In this document: one piece after another, positions 13,161 through 25,335 of the stretch
Numbering within the stretch: position 1 is the first letter of the stretch
Layout of the letters: each line of letters starts with the position of its first letter
Assembly (NCBI RefSeq): GCF_009914755.1
Contig: NC_060929.1
DNA from: the human T2T-CHM13v2.0 reference genome, Homo sapiens
DNA: 64,000 bases
Reading direction: 5' to 3' (one strand)
Position numbers and translations under genes: made by a program
Notes under the pieces: model-generated
Told to the model about the DNA's origin: nothing
Database searches by the model: none
What the model saw: the letters and a program-made list of their open reading frames with translations, nothing else

Positions 13161-16037
13161 CAGCTCTGGACAAAGTGGACCTAATAGACATCTACAGAAC
13201 TCTCCACCCCAAATCAACAGAATATACATTCTTCTCAGCACCACATCACACTTATTCTAAAATTGACCACACAATTGGAAGTAAAACACTCCTAAGTAAA
13301 TGCAAAAGAACAGAAATCATAACAAACAGTCCCTCAGACCACAGTGCAATCAAATTAGAATTCAGGATTAAGAAACTCACTAAAACCACACTATATGGAA
13401 ACTGAACAGCCTGCTCCTGAATGACTACTGGGTAAATAATGAAATTAAGGCAGAAATAAATAAGTTCTTTGAAATCAATGACAACAAAGACACAACATAC
13501 CAGAATCTCTGCGACACAGCTAAAGCAGTGTTTAGATGGAAATTTATAGCACCAAATGCCAACAGGAGAAAGTGGGAAAGATCTAAAATTGACACCCCAG
13601 CATCACAATGCAAAGAACTAGAGAAGCACGAGCAAACACATTCAAAAGCTAGCAAAAGACAAGAAATAACTAAGATCAGAGCAGAACTGAAGGAGACAGA
13701 GACACAAAAAACCCTTCAAAAAATCAATGAATCCAGGAGCTAGTATTTTGAAAAGATTAACAAAATAGACTGCTAGCCAAACTAATAAAGAAGAAAAGAG
13801 AGAAGGATCAAATAGACAAAATAAAAAATCATAAAAGGGATATCACCACTTACCCCACAGAAAAACAAACTACCATCAGAGAATACTGTAAACACCTCTA
13901 CACAAATAAACTAGAAAATCTAGAAGAAATGGATAAATTCCTGAACAAATAAACCCTCCCAAGACTAAATGAGGAAGTAGTCAAATCCTTGAATAGGCCA
14001 ATAACAAGTTCTGAAATTGAGGCAGTAATGAATAGCCTACAAACCAAAAAAAGCCCAGGACCAGATGGATTTACAGCCAAATTCTACCAGAGGTATGAAG
14101 AGGAGCTGGTACCATTCCTTCTGAAACTATTCCAAACAACTGAAAAAGAGGGACTCATCCCTAACTCATATTATGAGGGTAGCATCATCCTGATACCAAA
14201 ACCTGGCAGAGACACAACAAATAAAGAAAATTTAAGGCCAATATCCCTGCATCAATGCAAAAATCCTCAATAAAATACTGACAACCCAAATCCAGCAGCA
14301 CATCAGAAAGCTTACTGACCACGATCAAGTCGACTTCATCCCTGGGATGCAAGCTGGTTCAACATATGCAAATCAACAAATGTAATCCATCACATAAACA
14401 ACCCAATGACAAAAGCCATATGATTATCTCAATAGATACAGATTATGCCTTCAATAAAATTCAACACCCCTTTCTGCTAAAAACTCTTAATAAACTAGGT
14501 ATTGATGAAATGTATCTCAAAATAATAAGAGCTATTTATGACAAACCCACAGCCAATATCATACTTAATGGGCAAAAACTGGAAACATTCCCTGTGAAAA
14601 CCAGCACAAGACAAGGATGTCCTCTATCATCACTCCTATTCAACAAAGTGTTGGAAGATCTGGCCAGGGAGATCAGGAAAGAGAAAGAAATAACAAGTAT
14701 TGAAATAGGAAAACAGGAAATTAAATTTTCTCTGTTTGCAGATGAGATGATTGTATATTTAGAAAACCCCATCGTTTCAGCCCAAAATCTCCTTAAGCTG
14801 ATAAGCAACTTCATCAAAGTCTCAGGGTACAAAATCAATGTGTAAAAATCACAAGCATTCCTTTACACCAATAACAGACAAACAGAGAGCCAAATAGTGA
14901 GTGAACTCCCATTCGCAATTGCTACGAAGAGAATAAAATACCTAGGAATACAACTTACAAGGGATGTGAAAGACCTCTTCAAGGAGAACTACAAACCACT
15001 GCTCAAGGAAATAGGAGAGTACACAAACAAATGGAAAAACATTCCATGTTCATGGATAGGAAGAATCAATATCATGAAAATAACCATATTGTCCAAAGTA
15101 ATTTGTAGATACAATGCTATCCCCATCAAGCTACCATTGACTTTCTTCACAAAATTAGAAAAAAAACTACTTTAAATTTCATATGGAACCAAAAAAGAGC
15201 CCATGTAGTCAACACATTCCTAAGCAAAAAGAACAAAGCTGGAGGCATCACACTACCTGACTTCAAACTATACTACAAGGCTACAGTAATCAAAACAGCA
15301 TGGTACTGATACTAAAACAGATATATAGACCAATGCAACACAACAGAGGCCTCAGAAATAATGCCACACATCTACAATGATCTGATCTTTGACAAACCTG
15401 ACAAAAACAAGAAATGGGGAAAGGATTCTCCATTTAACAAATCTTGTTGGGAAAACTGGCTAGCCATATGTAGAAAGCTGAAACTGGATCCCTTCCTTAC
15501 ACCTTATACAAAAATTACCTCAAGATGGATTAAAGACTTAAACGTAAGAACTAAAACCATAAAAACCCTAGAAGAAAACCTAGGCAATACCATTCAGGAC
15601 ATAGGCATGGGCAAAGACTTCATGACTAAAACACCAAAAGCAATGACAACAAAAGCCAAAATTGACAAATGGGATCTAATTAAACTAAAGAGCTTCTGCA
15701 CAGCAAAGGAAACTATCATCAGAGTGAGCAGGCAACCTACAGAATGGGAAAAAATTTTTGCAATCTATCCATCTGACAAAGGGCTAATATTCAGAATTTA
15801 CAAGGAACTTCAACAAATTTACAAGGTAGAAAAACAAACAAATCCATCAAAAAGTGGGCAAAGCATATGAACAGACACTTTTCAAAACAAGACATTTATG
15901 AGGCCAACAAACATATGAAAAAAACCTCATCATCACTGGTCATTAGAGAAATGTAAATCAAATCCACAAAGAAATACTGTCTCATGCTAGTTAGAATGGC
16001 AATCATTAAAAAGTCAGGAAACAACAAATTCTGGAGA
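13161..16037 (+). pseudogene. L1 ORF2 remnant (endonuclease end, reverse transcriptase, C-terminal part) with many stops and frameshifts
   Basis: Fragments [37 protein letters not shown] (catalytic FADD changed to FADE at 14735-14746), [14 protein letters not shown]. Confidence 0.93.
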
Positions 16038-16299
16038 CCATGGCACATGTATACCTATGCAACAAACATGCACATTCTGCATATGTATCCCAGAACATAA
16101 AGAATAATAATAATAATAAAAACATGGCAAATCAAAATGTAAACAAGACCTGAAGTGATGTTGAAATGAAATCATGGAAGAAGAGCCTCAGAGGCAGGAG
16201 AAAAGAGGCTTTTCCATTGGGTTTATAAGTGAACAACTAAAATACTGTGAACAGTAAGGTGTACTGAGTTTTAAGAGGACTTTGAATCAGAAAGTAAGC

Positions 16300-16710
16300 A
16301 AGATGTGTAACGTTTTGAAATATGTCATGAAGATGGAACCAGAGATGTTTAATTTTAAAAGAAAGAAAAGCTTCAGCATGGGCATGAATATGTTCTTCCA
16401 ATATATAAAAAGCATCCTGGGAGCGATTCTCTTTCTAGCTTCAATGAGCAAAATATTTAGAGAGTATTGCTTGTTGTTCATTCAAAGGGAACATTTCCTA
16501 AATGTTAGAGTTATCTAAATGGGATCCCAGTAAATAGTCATCATGAAATATGTTGCCTCATGCTTGGAGGAGTAAATATCTTATCAGAGACCAGTTCAAA
16601 CAACTGCTATTCTGCCCTCCTGTGAAACCACAAGAAGAAAGACCAGTATCCATTGGGAGGCTGGGCCAATTGATCTCTAATGATCCTCAAACTATGAAAT
16701 AACATGATTA
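16300..16710 (+). mobile_element. L3/CR1 LINE 3' fragment
   Basis: 'ggaacatttcctaaatgttagagttatc' and terminal 'ggaggctgggccaattgatctctaatgatcctcaaactatgaaataacatgatt' resemble the CR1/L3 3' end. Confidence 0.5.
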
Positions 16711-16754
16711 CCTTTCTATGAATTACTGTTCCACATTGCACACAGATTGTTTAA

Positions 16755-16965
16755 GTATTTATTTGGCCTTTGCCATGAGAAAAGCACTATGAGCTAGTTT
16801 TATATACTGATCATCTCATTTAATTTATGAGAGCGGTAACATTATGTTGTTGGTTTTAATTAAAAAAGTGAGGTATGGAGAAGTTAAATAATGTGTCCAT
16901 GACCACAAGCTACTGAAGAAGGAAGCTGGTGTATGAACTCTAGCAACATGATTCTAGAATCGGGG
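16755..16965 (-). mobile_element. MIR SINE
   Basis: 'atctcatttaattt...gtgaggtatggagaagttaaataatgtgtccatgaccacaagctact...gaactctagcaacatgattctaga'. Confidence 0.65.
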
Positions 16966-18505
16966 CCTTCCTCTTTACTGTAGAAAGCTTATAAACTTTA
17001 CGATGTTTCTCATGATATCTTGCATGTATAGTAGAATCATAACACCAATATGCTATATTCTATCATTGAATTATCCCTATCATGGCATCGGGACATCAAA
17101 CAAATCTTAAATTCAGTGTAGCTTAGTTCTTACTATTATATTTGCCAGTCTTTTCATTTTTTGTGAAATCTAAGAATGAGAACTTGATTTACAAATCAGA
17201 CCTAGAGTTTAGGACACCTTCTTTTAAATATTATTAGTTGTGTCTCACAGATTGTTAACTTCTCATACCACATTTATATCCTCCAATTAAATGATTCAGC
17301 AATACAAAATTTACTTTTTGAAATGATTAAACATTTCAGGAAGTGGTTTCCTTCTCCTCCCGTGGAAACAAATATGCAAGCTGCTTGGCTTATGTGATAA
17401 AACAATGTTGATAATGTCACAGGGAAAATAATCAAATGAGAGAATGACAGTGATGGCTAGGTATTTTCCAGTGATGATCTCGGTACTTTTGTACTCTCAA
17501 AACGCACTTTTAAAAATTTTGAGAAACTCATTATTTTCTTTTAAACAGCAAATATTTCTTAACTGCTAGCTAGCAGAATGCTGTCATATTCTTTCTGATG
17601 AGTCAGCAGTTGCAATGCCAGTACATTAAACAGCATTTTACAGAGGAAAAGAAGCAGAATAATAATTCTGTTGAATCTAACTAATCAAGCAATATCACAC
17701 TTGGTAACAGATCATTTGTATTATTTAGAACTGAAAATTATAAACGTGTAATACCATATGCCTTTACTATTTAAAAAGGAAAAATATATGCTTTATGGAA
17801 ATACAAGTGTAGATACCTAGAAATCTCTAGAGTGCACATTTATGGGCAGGACACCTGCATTTACATATGAGTGAAGCTGTGAGTTGTGTCAGCCAGAGTT
17901 CAAGGCACACGAGCTTTTCTCACACTGACATGTTCTAAAGCCAAATGATGCTTCCGCCAGCTGAGAGTACCTTTTTTGCTTAATCATGCAAGATGAGGAG
18001 TAGCCTCTTAATAAGGATAAAGAAAACTTGGAATCAAACTGAAATAATTAAGCATATTTACATATTTACTACACAAATCCTTCATATTTTGTTGAGTTTA
18101 CATAATCAAGACTGAAAATCTCAGAACAGCATTCTCTGAATTTTCTATTTTCAATTTCAGAAGTTTCTAGTAACAATTCTATGTAAATAATAAATAGATC
18201 AAAATGCCAAAGGAAACTTTTTCCCTAAGATTTAGCTATCTCATTGTGCAACAATCCTGGAAAAAGACATACTTCAAATCATATAAAATACATTTCTGAG
18301 TAAGTTTGGAGTCAGGAGACATTTTTTTTCACACAAAAACATAATTGGCTGGCAGTTTATTTCATAGCATGTAACAATCACTACATTAATTAAACAATTT
18401 AATTGTCAGGAAAAATAATTCATTAAATAATATTTGATTTGGATGTCAGTCTCCTTTCAGCAAACCTCATTTCCACCAATTTGTCCTCTTTTAAAACATT
18501 TTATG

Positions 18506-18822
<317 letters not shown>

Positions 18823-18850
18823 TAAAACATTTTATGTGTTTGTTTTAGGT

Positions 18851-19070
18851 AAAATTTCTCAACCTCAGCACTGGTGACATTTTGGATTGGATAATTCTTT
18901 GATGTGGGGGTTGCCCTATGTATTGGGGGATGTTTAGCAGCATGTCTGGCTATTACCCACTAAATGACAGTAGCAGTAATGTCAATCAGTAATGTCATGA
19001 CTATCAGTAATGTCTACCGATATTGCCAAATGTCCCCTGGGAGATAAAAGCTTCTGGCTGGAAACCATTG
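18851..19070 (-). mobile_element. MER20 (hAT-Charlie) DNA transposon
   Basis: 'tttctcaacctcagcactggtgacattttggattggataattctttg...ttgccaaatgtcccctggg...gaaaccattg'. Confidence 0.85.
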
Positions 19071-21661
19071 ATTTAAAGCCACCGCAGACTGCATCCACCC
19101 TTCCTCATGATAGCGAAAATTTTCCTTTTCTCTTTTTCACTAACTTCACTGCCATTCCTTGTGCCACCATTATAATTTAACTCTCCTTTCTTTCCCTTTA
19201 TGGAAATTACTAAAGGTTTGCCTCTACTTTAAGGAATTAAACAATAGCTATTCTTTCTCCTGCTGCTGTGGCTCCACACCAGGCCATAGAACTTGTGGAC
19301 CAGAAGGGGGCTTGATTTCCATCACTGCTCACCCCCTCCACAAAGCACTTCTGTGCAGGGCACTAACTATACAACCTTTCATGGTCCTCTGTTTACAATA
19401 TTACAAGGTGTTATGGATATATAGAATGTGGAAGTTAATGTCTCCATAGTGGCACTGTGATAATAGGTAGTCATGTTGCCAGGCCAGTTTTCAAAAGTCC
19501 ATTTGCCTATAAAGCAATTGAAGTCTGTAAATAGCAATATCTTGGATTCTGTGACTTGGAAACTGGAATGCATGTGGGATAGTTCTAAAGGAAGAGATAA
19601 AATGGAAAGGCAGCTGATATCTTTCCTCTGATCCAGTTTGGTAAAAAATATTTTAAATCAGAATGGTTTAGCTTTGATATCTATGCCCTTTAATGTTTCT
19701 ATGGAAATCCTAAAAAGAAGAATTATAATTGCAAGCAGAAAGTCAGCCCCTGCTTTATTCTCGAAAGTTATTCTATCCTTACTTCCCAAACATAAATACA
19801 TATGCTCCTTCAATGATGGCAAATTTGGATAAATGTAAGTTAGAAAGTGAAGGGAGTGACAAACAGACTCATTTCCTGTACATAATAGGCACTATTCATT
19901 AATTAGTATATTAGTAAATACATATTAGTTGGCTGAATCATTTCACAACAATTTGTATTTTACAGTGGTGATTTTTGTAAATCAAGATTCTATTTAACTG
20001 TTAAAAAAAAAACAGAGCAAACATTAAGTGCCTATTAAATGTACAAGTTAATACCCAGATACAATGGGGATGCACAGATAATGAAGACATGATTCATGTC
20101 CTTAGACATTTTCAAAATTCAAAAGAGGATTGGTAGAGAATAAAAACCATATGAATAAAATAAGGCTAGTTGGAGAAGGTTTTTTATTATGATGTACCCT
20201 GTAAATAATTATAATAGACATGAATAATTATGTATATTTTTCATCTCCTATAAACATTCTAAGTGTGACTGGCATCATTATTCAATGTTCACACATATAT
20301 TCAGTTCTACTATGCTAATTTTGTGAAAATTGAGAATCAATTTTAACCTACAAAAAATTAAAGCATTTAAGCATTGCATTCCACTTGTTAACCCTTTCCA
20401 ACAATGCAAAAGATCTTCTTTGCACCATACTCTGATGAAGAGGTCATATTACCACTTCCTTGAGAGCCCTCATAGATGAATCAGGAACACTTTGAATTGT
20501 ATATTTTAGAAAATGTAAATCACTGAGCTAGATTTATGTAAGCAGTTAAACCATAGAGCCAGACTTTAAGCCATATCATCTGCTTCTAAACTCCATTTTG
20601 TCTCTCTATGTTCCAGGTTTCCTTCACTTTCCTCTTTACCTTGCCTTCCCAAGGTCATGTGTGGATATTGGTGGATTATTATACTCAAAATATTTTCCCT
20701 CTATTTTTATAATATGTTCCAGCCATGATCTTTATTTTTTTACTAAAAATGTGAGGCAAATAAAGTTTTAATATTTGCTCACTCTCTCTCTCATTGAAAA
20801 TTGTATTCTATCTCATTCATTCTAACAAAAATGTTTAGTGGCTACCCAAAATTCTAGAGAGAAAGATTATTCAGATTTTCTCTATCAGCATTACCCTCTC
20901 TCTACTGTAAACATTTGTACCATAATACTTACAATAATGTTTTTGTTCTCTGTTCGGTCTGTGACCTGTTTAGAAGCTGGTCAATTCATGTTAAGTTGAT
21001 ACAACTTTATAAACATTTAAAGAATAGCCTTAATAAAACATTTATTTTTGAAACTCAATGGAATCATAATGTGTATTCTCACAATTCAAGGCATAATTGT
21101 TGGCTATTGATGGAGCAATCATTTTTGGTTGTTGAGTGTTTCAGTGCTTTTCAAGTTATGCCACATCAGTGTTTGTCTTTGTGCCACTTACAGGTTTCAC
21201 CACAAAGGGCAGAAATGAGAACGCAACAGTGAACAATTCCCAGGGAAGATCAAAATTTGCCTTTATGATCCTGTAAATCTGAAATTAAAATGGTATAATG
21301 ATGACGATGATAAGTTTGTGTACTAGTTCGAGGGATTATATCTTTTCTCAAGATGTAGTCATTACATATTTAAAAGGAACTAAGGTCATGCAAAAATAGA
21401 AAACACATATATATATATATATATGAAAAAATATGTTACACTGTAGATTTTATAGAGAAGATAAGGGATAGGTAAGGAAATAGAGAGTGGCAGAGTTAAC
21501 TAGCTGGGATTGGTATTGTTTTGGATAGTGTCATTAAGATCCTCTCACCTGAGAAGACATTTGAAAAGAGACTTGTAAAAAACAAAGGCACCAACCACCT
21601 GGGAAAGAACAAAGAATCTGGTGTCCCTGCCATAGAGACATCCTTAATATCTTCAGAGAAA

Positions 21662-21816
21662 TTCAAGGCCAGAAAGCAGGCCCTCACCAGACATCGAATC
21701 TGTTGGTTCCTTGATCTTGAAATTCCCAGCTTCCAGAAATGGAAAAATAAACGCTGGTTATTTACAAGCTGCCCAGCCTATGGTAGTTTGTTATAGCACC
21801 CAAATGAACTAAGACA
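21662..21816 (+). mobile_element. MLT1A/MST LTR 3' fragment
   Basis: 'gcaggccctcaccagacatcgaatctgttggttccttgatcttg...ttgttatagcacccaaatgaactaagaca'. Confidence 0.8.
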
Positions 21817-22407
21817 ACAGGAAGGAGTATGATTTGATTTAGATTTTTTAAAGGTTCACTCTGGCTACTGTGTGGATTATAGAGGACTAAAGAGAAATAG
21901 CAGAAAATGTAGAGACTTTAGGATGCTATTACAAAAGTCCAGGGTATAAATTATAGTAAGTTGAACATGGATGATAGCTGTGGCAATAGTAAGAAAAGGT
22001 TAGATTCTGGAAATATTTTGAAGATAGAGCCCATGGAATTTGTTGACAGATTAATATGAGGGATGAAAGAAGTACAGAAATTCATGATAATACCACATAT
22101 TCTGGCTTAAGTACTCAGAAGAATGAAGTTGCCATCTCTTTCATTTACTGAGATGAGGAACAGTTGGGGAGAAGTCCATTGGGCATGGCTAGAAAAAAGC
22201 AATGTTTCATATGTATTAATTTTGACCACTGAGTGGAGACATCTAAGATGTTTGGTGCATATGGGCCAGTAGTTAGAAGAGGTGTTTATATCAGAAATAG
22301 GTATTTGAAAAACCATTTATAAAGCTGGATTTTGAAGAAACTATATAAAGGTGCTATAGCCAGTGAGGTGAGAGAAGGCTGTACCAGGGCCAAGCAAGAA
22401 AAAAGCA

Positions 22408-22532
22408 GAAATGTATGCATACCTATATGTATGTAAATATTTTATATTATATATAAAATATATAAAATATAAATTTTATATGTCTGTGTGAATATGTGTG
22501 TGTGTGTATATATATATCTCTATATATATATA
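22408..22532. repeat. (TA)n/(TG)n low-complexity repeat
   Basis: Alternating purine-pyrimidine runs. Confidence 0.75.
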
Positions 22533-22752
22533 ATCAAAGATGAGGAAGTCAACACATGAAATGTTTAATATGTGAAATAAAGTAATAATGAAGGACTGAA
22601 TGTTGGATTTCACAGCGCTTTTCGAGAGCTGTTTTATTAGATTTTGGGGAAAGAAAACATTGTTGGTGTTTACTCAAAAAAGGTTGGGAGAAGGGAAAGT
22701 ATACAGAACAATTAGAAACATCTCTTTCAAGAAATTTTGCCGTAAGGCGAGA

Positions 22753-22858
22753 GCAGCACACCAACATGGCACATGTATACATATGTAACTAACCTGCACG
22801 TTGTGCACATGTACCCTAAAACTTAAAGTATAATACAAAAAAAACAAAAAGAAAGAAA
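22753..22858 (+). mobile_element. Young L1 (L1PA2-4-like) extreme 3' end with A tail
   Basis: 'gcagcacaccaacatggcacatgtatacatatgtaactaacctgcacgttgtgcacatgtaccctaaaacttaaagtataat' followed by an A-rich tail. Confidence 0.9.
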
Positions 22859-24269
22859 CACGAGAGAGTAGATGGAGCAGTTGATGGAGCAGTGTTTGGA
22901 AACAAGAGAGAGTATAAAATGGTAAACAGGACAGCATGTTTACATGTTGATGAGAATAATCAACATAATAAACAAAGGTAAAAAGCAGGAGAGACGAGGC
23001 AGGGGTTGGGCTTAGATACAATTGGGTTCAACTACTGAAACAAAAAAATGGCAGAGGGTTTATATATGAATGCATGCAAGCTGGTAGATTTAGTGGTAAA
23101 AATTATATGGTGAACATCAATAAATCCTTAAGGGAAAAGAATATGCTAGAAACATATGTTTTACATAGGAAATTATAGCTAATAGATAATACATGCGAAA
23201 TCATTTGAACTTTAAAACACCTTTGCACTATTTTCATTATTAAATGAAAGAGCAGAAAACACTATAGTAGAAATGCTTAGGGAATCTTTGAAAAAGGCAG
23301 AGAAATATTATGCTTTTAAATTGTCCAGTTAAGTGCAACACATGTCAGAAACAAAGGTTTGCATTCTTATTAACCCAAATGCATAATTCTATTTAAAATA
23401 GAACTATAACACTCAAATGAGCAAACGTTTGCTTTCAGATAGTCTATTGTTTAAGTTTGAAAAGTGCAATCTCTTCAAACTGATTTTGAATCTGCTATTC
23501 ATTACAGAAAAGCCATTAGGAAGCAGAGTATTAACAAGTATCACCCAGAAAATAAATATTTACTGTCAACCTTACAGATGTGAAAAGTCCTGTTTCCACG
23601 TATACTTCTAATTGGATTTAAACTGCTTCCTAAGAGTTTTATTAAGTCTTTGATACTCTTTCAGCAAATTGCACACCATATTATTTTTTAAGCTTTCAGA
23701 AATCATCAAATGCAGGTTAGGGCACTAATTATCTAAAACTAAGAATGTTTAGTGAGACTTTGTTTCAGGGTCACTTTCAGTATTGAGTGACTTCAATGCA
23801 TAATTTATGAAACATTTTTCAGCATCATGAACAGTCAGAGTTTAAGGTTTAAAGTTTAGTTATCACTATTATTAAAAATAATTCCACATAATTTTCCTGT
23901 TTTTCAGTCATTGTTGATAAATTCTCATTTGAAGTTTTTAGTAAATTGTAATTTTTTTTCTTAAAAGTAGGCTGAAATAATTAAATGTGATAGGAAAACA
24001 ATATAATATAAATCTATATTCTTTTAAATATTTACAATGGTGCCATATTTTCAGTACATTAGGTGCTGAAGAAGGAACCGGTCAAATGAATTAATGCTTT
24101 ATTTCCTGATGCACTCAACGTGCTTACACTAATTTAGTGTATCATAAAATGAATCTCAGTACAGCTTCCTAATACATCTAGTTTTTGAAAAAAAATATTT
24201 AGGAAGATAATAGAAGATAAACACTACCCTCTTTATGGAATAATAATATTCATTATAAATGTTAAGTTC

Positions 24270-24460
24270 CTACTACATCTCTACCTTTTCATTAAACCAT
24301 TTACAAGTCTTATCACATTGAGATTTCAACACAAGACAGCAGCAAAGGTGTTGTTATACCCATTATTCCAATGCAAAATCAGTATCTCAGAGTGTTTCAA
24401 GTAACTTGGTGAGAACTTTCAGGCGGTAATCAAATGACAGAGCTAGGATCTGAACTTCTG
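24270..24460 (-). mobile_element. MIR SINE fragment
   Basis: 'aggtgttgttatacccatt...ctcagagtgtttcaagtaacttgg...gacagagctaggatctgaact'. Confidence 0.55.
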
Positions 24461-25159
24461 TTGACTTCTCTTTCTACAGAATCCCCCCTGGATATCTAAG
24501 TTGTAAGCTGATAATGGATATCCAGAGTCACAAACTTCCAGTCCCTATTCTTGGTCTGGCCTGTAGATATTCAATAAATCTTCTGATATATTATCAGAAA
24601 ATATGTAATAACTCCTTCTACATAAATGGAGACTTTTATCTAGTAGGTTTTAAAATTAAAGTTGCACATATATAGCTTTCTATCTCACCATCTTCTTGGA
24701 AATACAACATGGATATCAATAAGGCAACATTTCACATCATAATTGATTTCTATATAAAATATTTCCTGCAAATCTGCATTTTTCAAGGAATGCATTTACA
24801 CTGGTTTAAATAAAATAGAATTCAAATAGTTTATTTTCTGACAAAGTATGAAGCACTCAAAGTGTTTCTGAAAATCTGCTTTATTTTTTTATCGTAGCTG
24901 TAGTATAAGCTGGTAATCATCAACTAACATGTATTTACTAAATGGTAGAGTATAAGAGGCTAACAGCTAATAAAATATAAAGAAATAACAGATGTACCTA
25001 AAAGGCAGCTGCAAAATACCACAGAAAGGGACATTCTAGAAGAGCGTACTGGAACTCAGGAAGTCAGGCAGCTAACGACCACTAGTTTATAGGATTCTCT
25101 AAGAACAGTAAAAAACAAGACAAAACAACAGCAACAAAAAACACATACACAAAAAAAAA

Positions 25160-25335
25160 TACATGACACTGGAGCCTACCAGAAGGTGGAGAGTGGGAGG
25201 AGGGAGAGGATCAGGAAAAATAACTAATAGGTACTAGACTTAATGCTTGGGTAACAAAATAATCTATACAACAAACCCCCATGACATGAGTTTACCTATA
25301 TAACAAACATGCACATGTACCCCTGATATTAAAAC
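25160..25335 (+). mobile_element. L1 3' UTR end (L1PA13-16-like)
   Basis: 'gacactggagcctaccagaaggtggagagtgggaggagggagaggatcaggaaaaataactaat...gcacatgtacccctg'. Confidence 0.85.

Larger units (their letters stand above)
12476..16120 (+). mobile_element. LINE-1 (L1PA7/8-like), 5'-truncated, with 5' inversion and internal 3' deletion
   Basis: 12476-13160 is antisense L1 (ORF1 end plus ORF2 start); 13161-16037 is sense ORF2; 16038-16120 is the 3' terminus 'ccatggcacatgtatacctatg...cccagaacataaag' plus A-rich tail. Confidence 0.95.
21440..23100 (-). mobile_element. L2 LINE fragments (interrupted by MLT1A, a simple repeat and an L1 3' end)
   Basis: 'ttttaaaggttcactctggctactgtgtgg', 'tagattctggaaatattttgaagatagagccc', 'gaagaatgaagttgccat...actgagatgagg'. 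Confidence 0.7.

Noticed and set aside
13161-16037. Active L1 reverse transcriptase
   Set aside because: Multiple stops and frameshifts, catalytic FADD changed to FADE, no 5' UTR promoter, and an inverted N-terminus.
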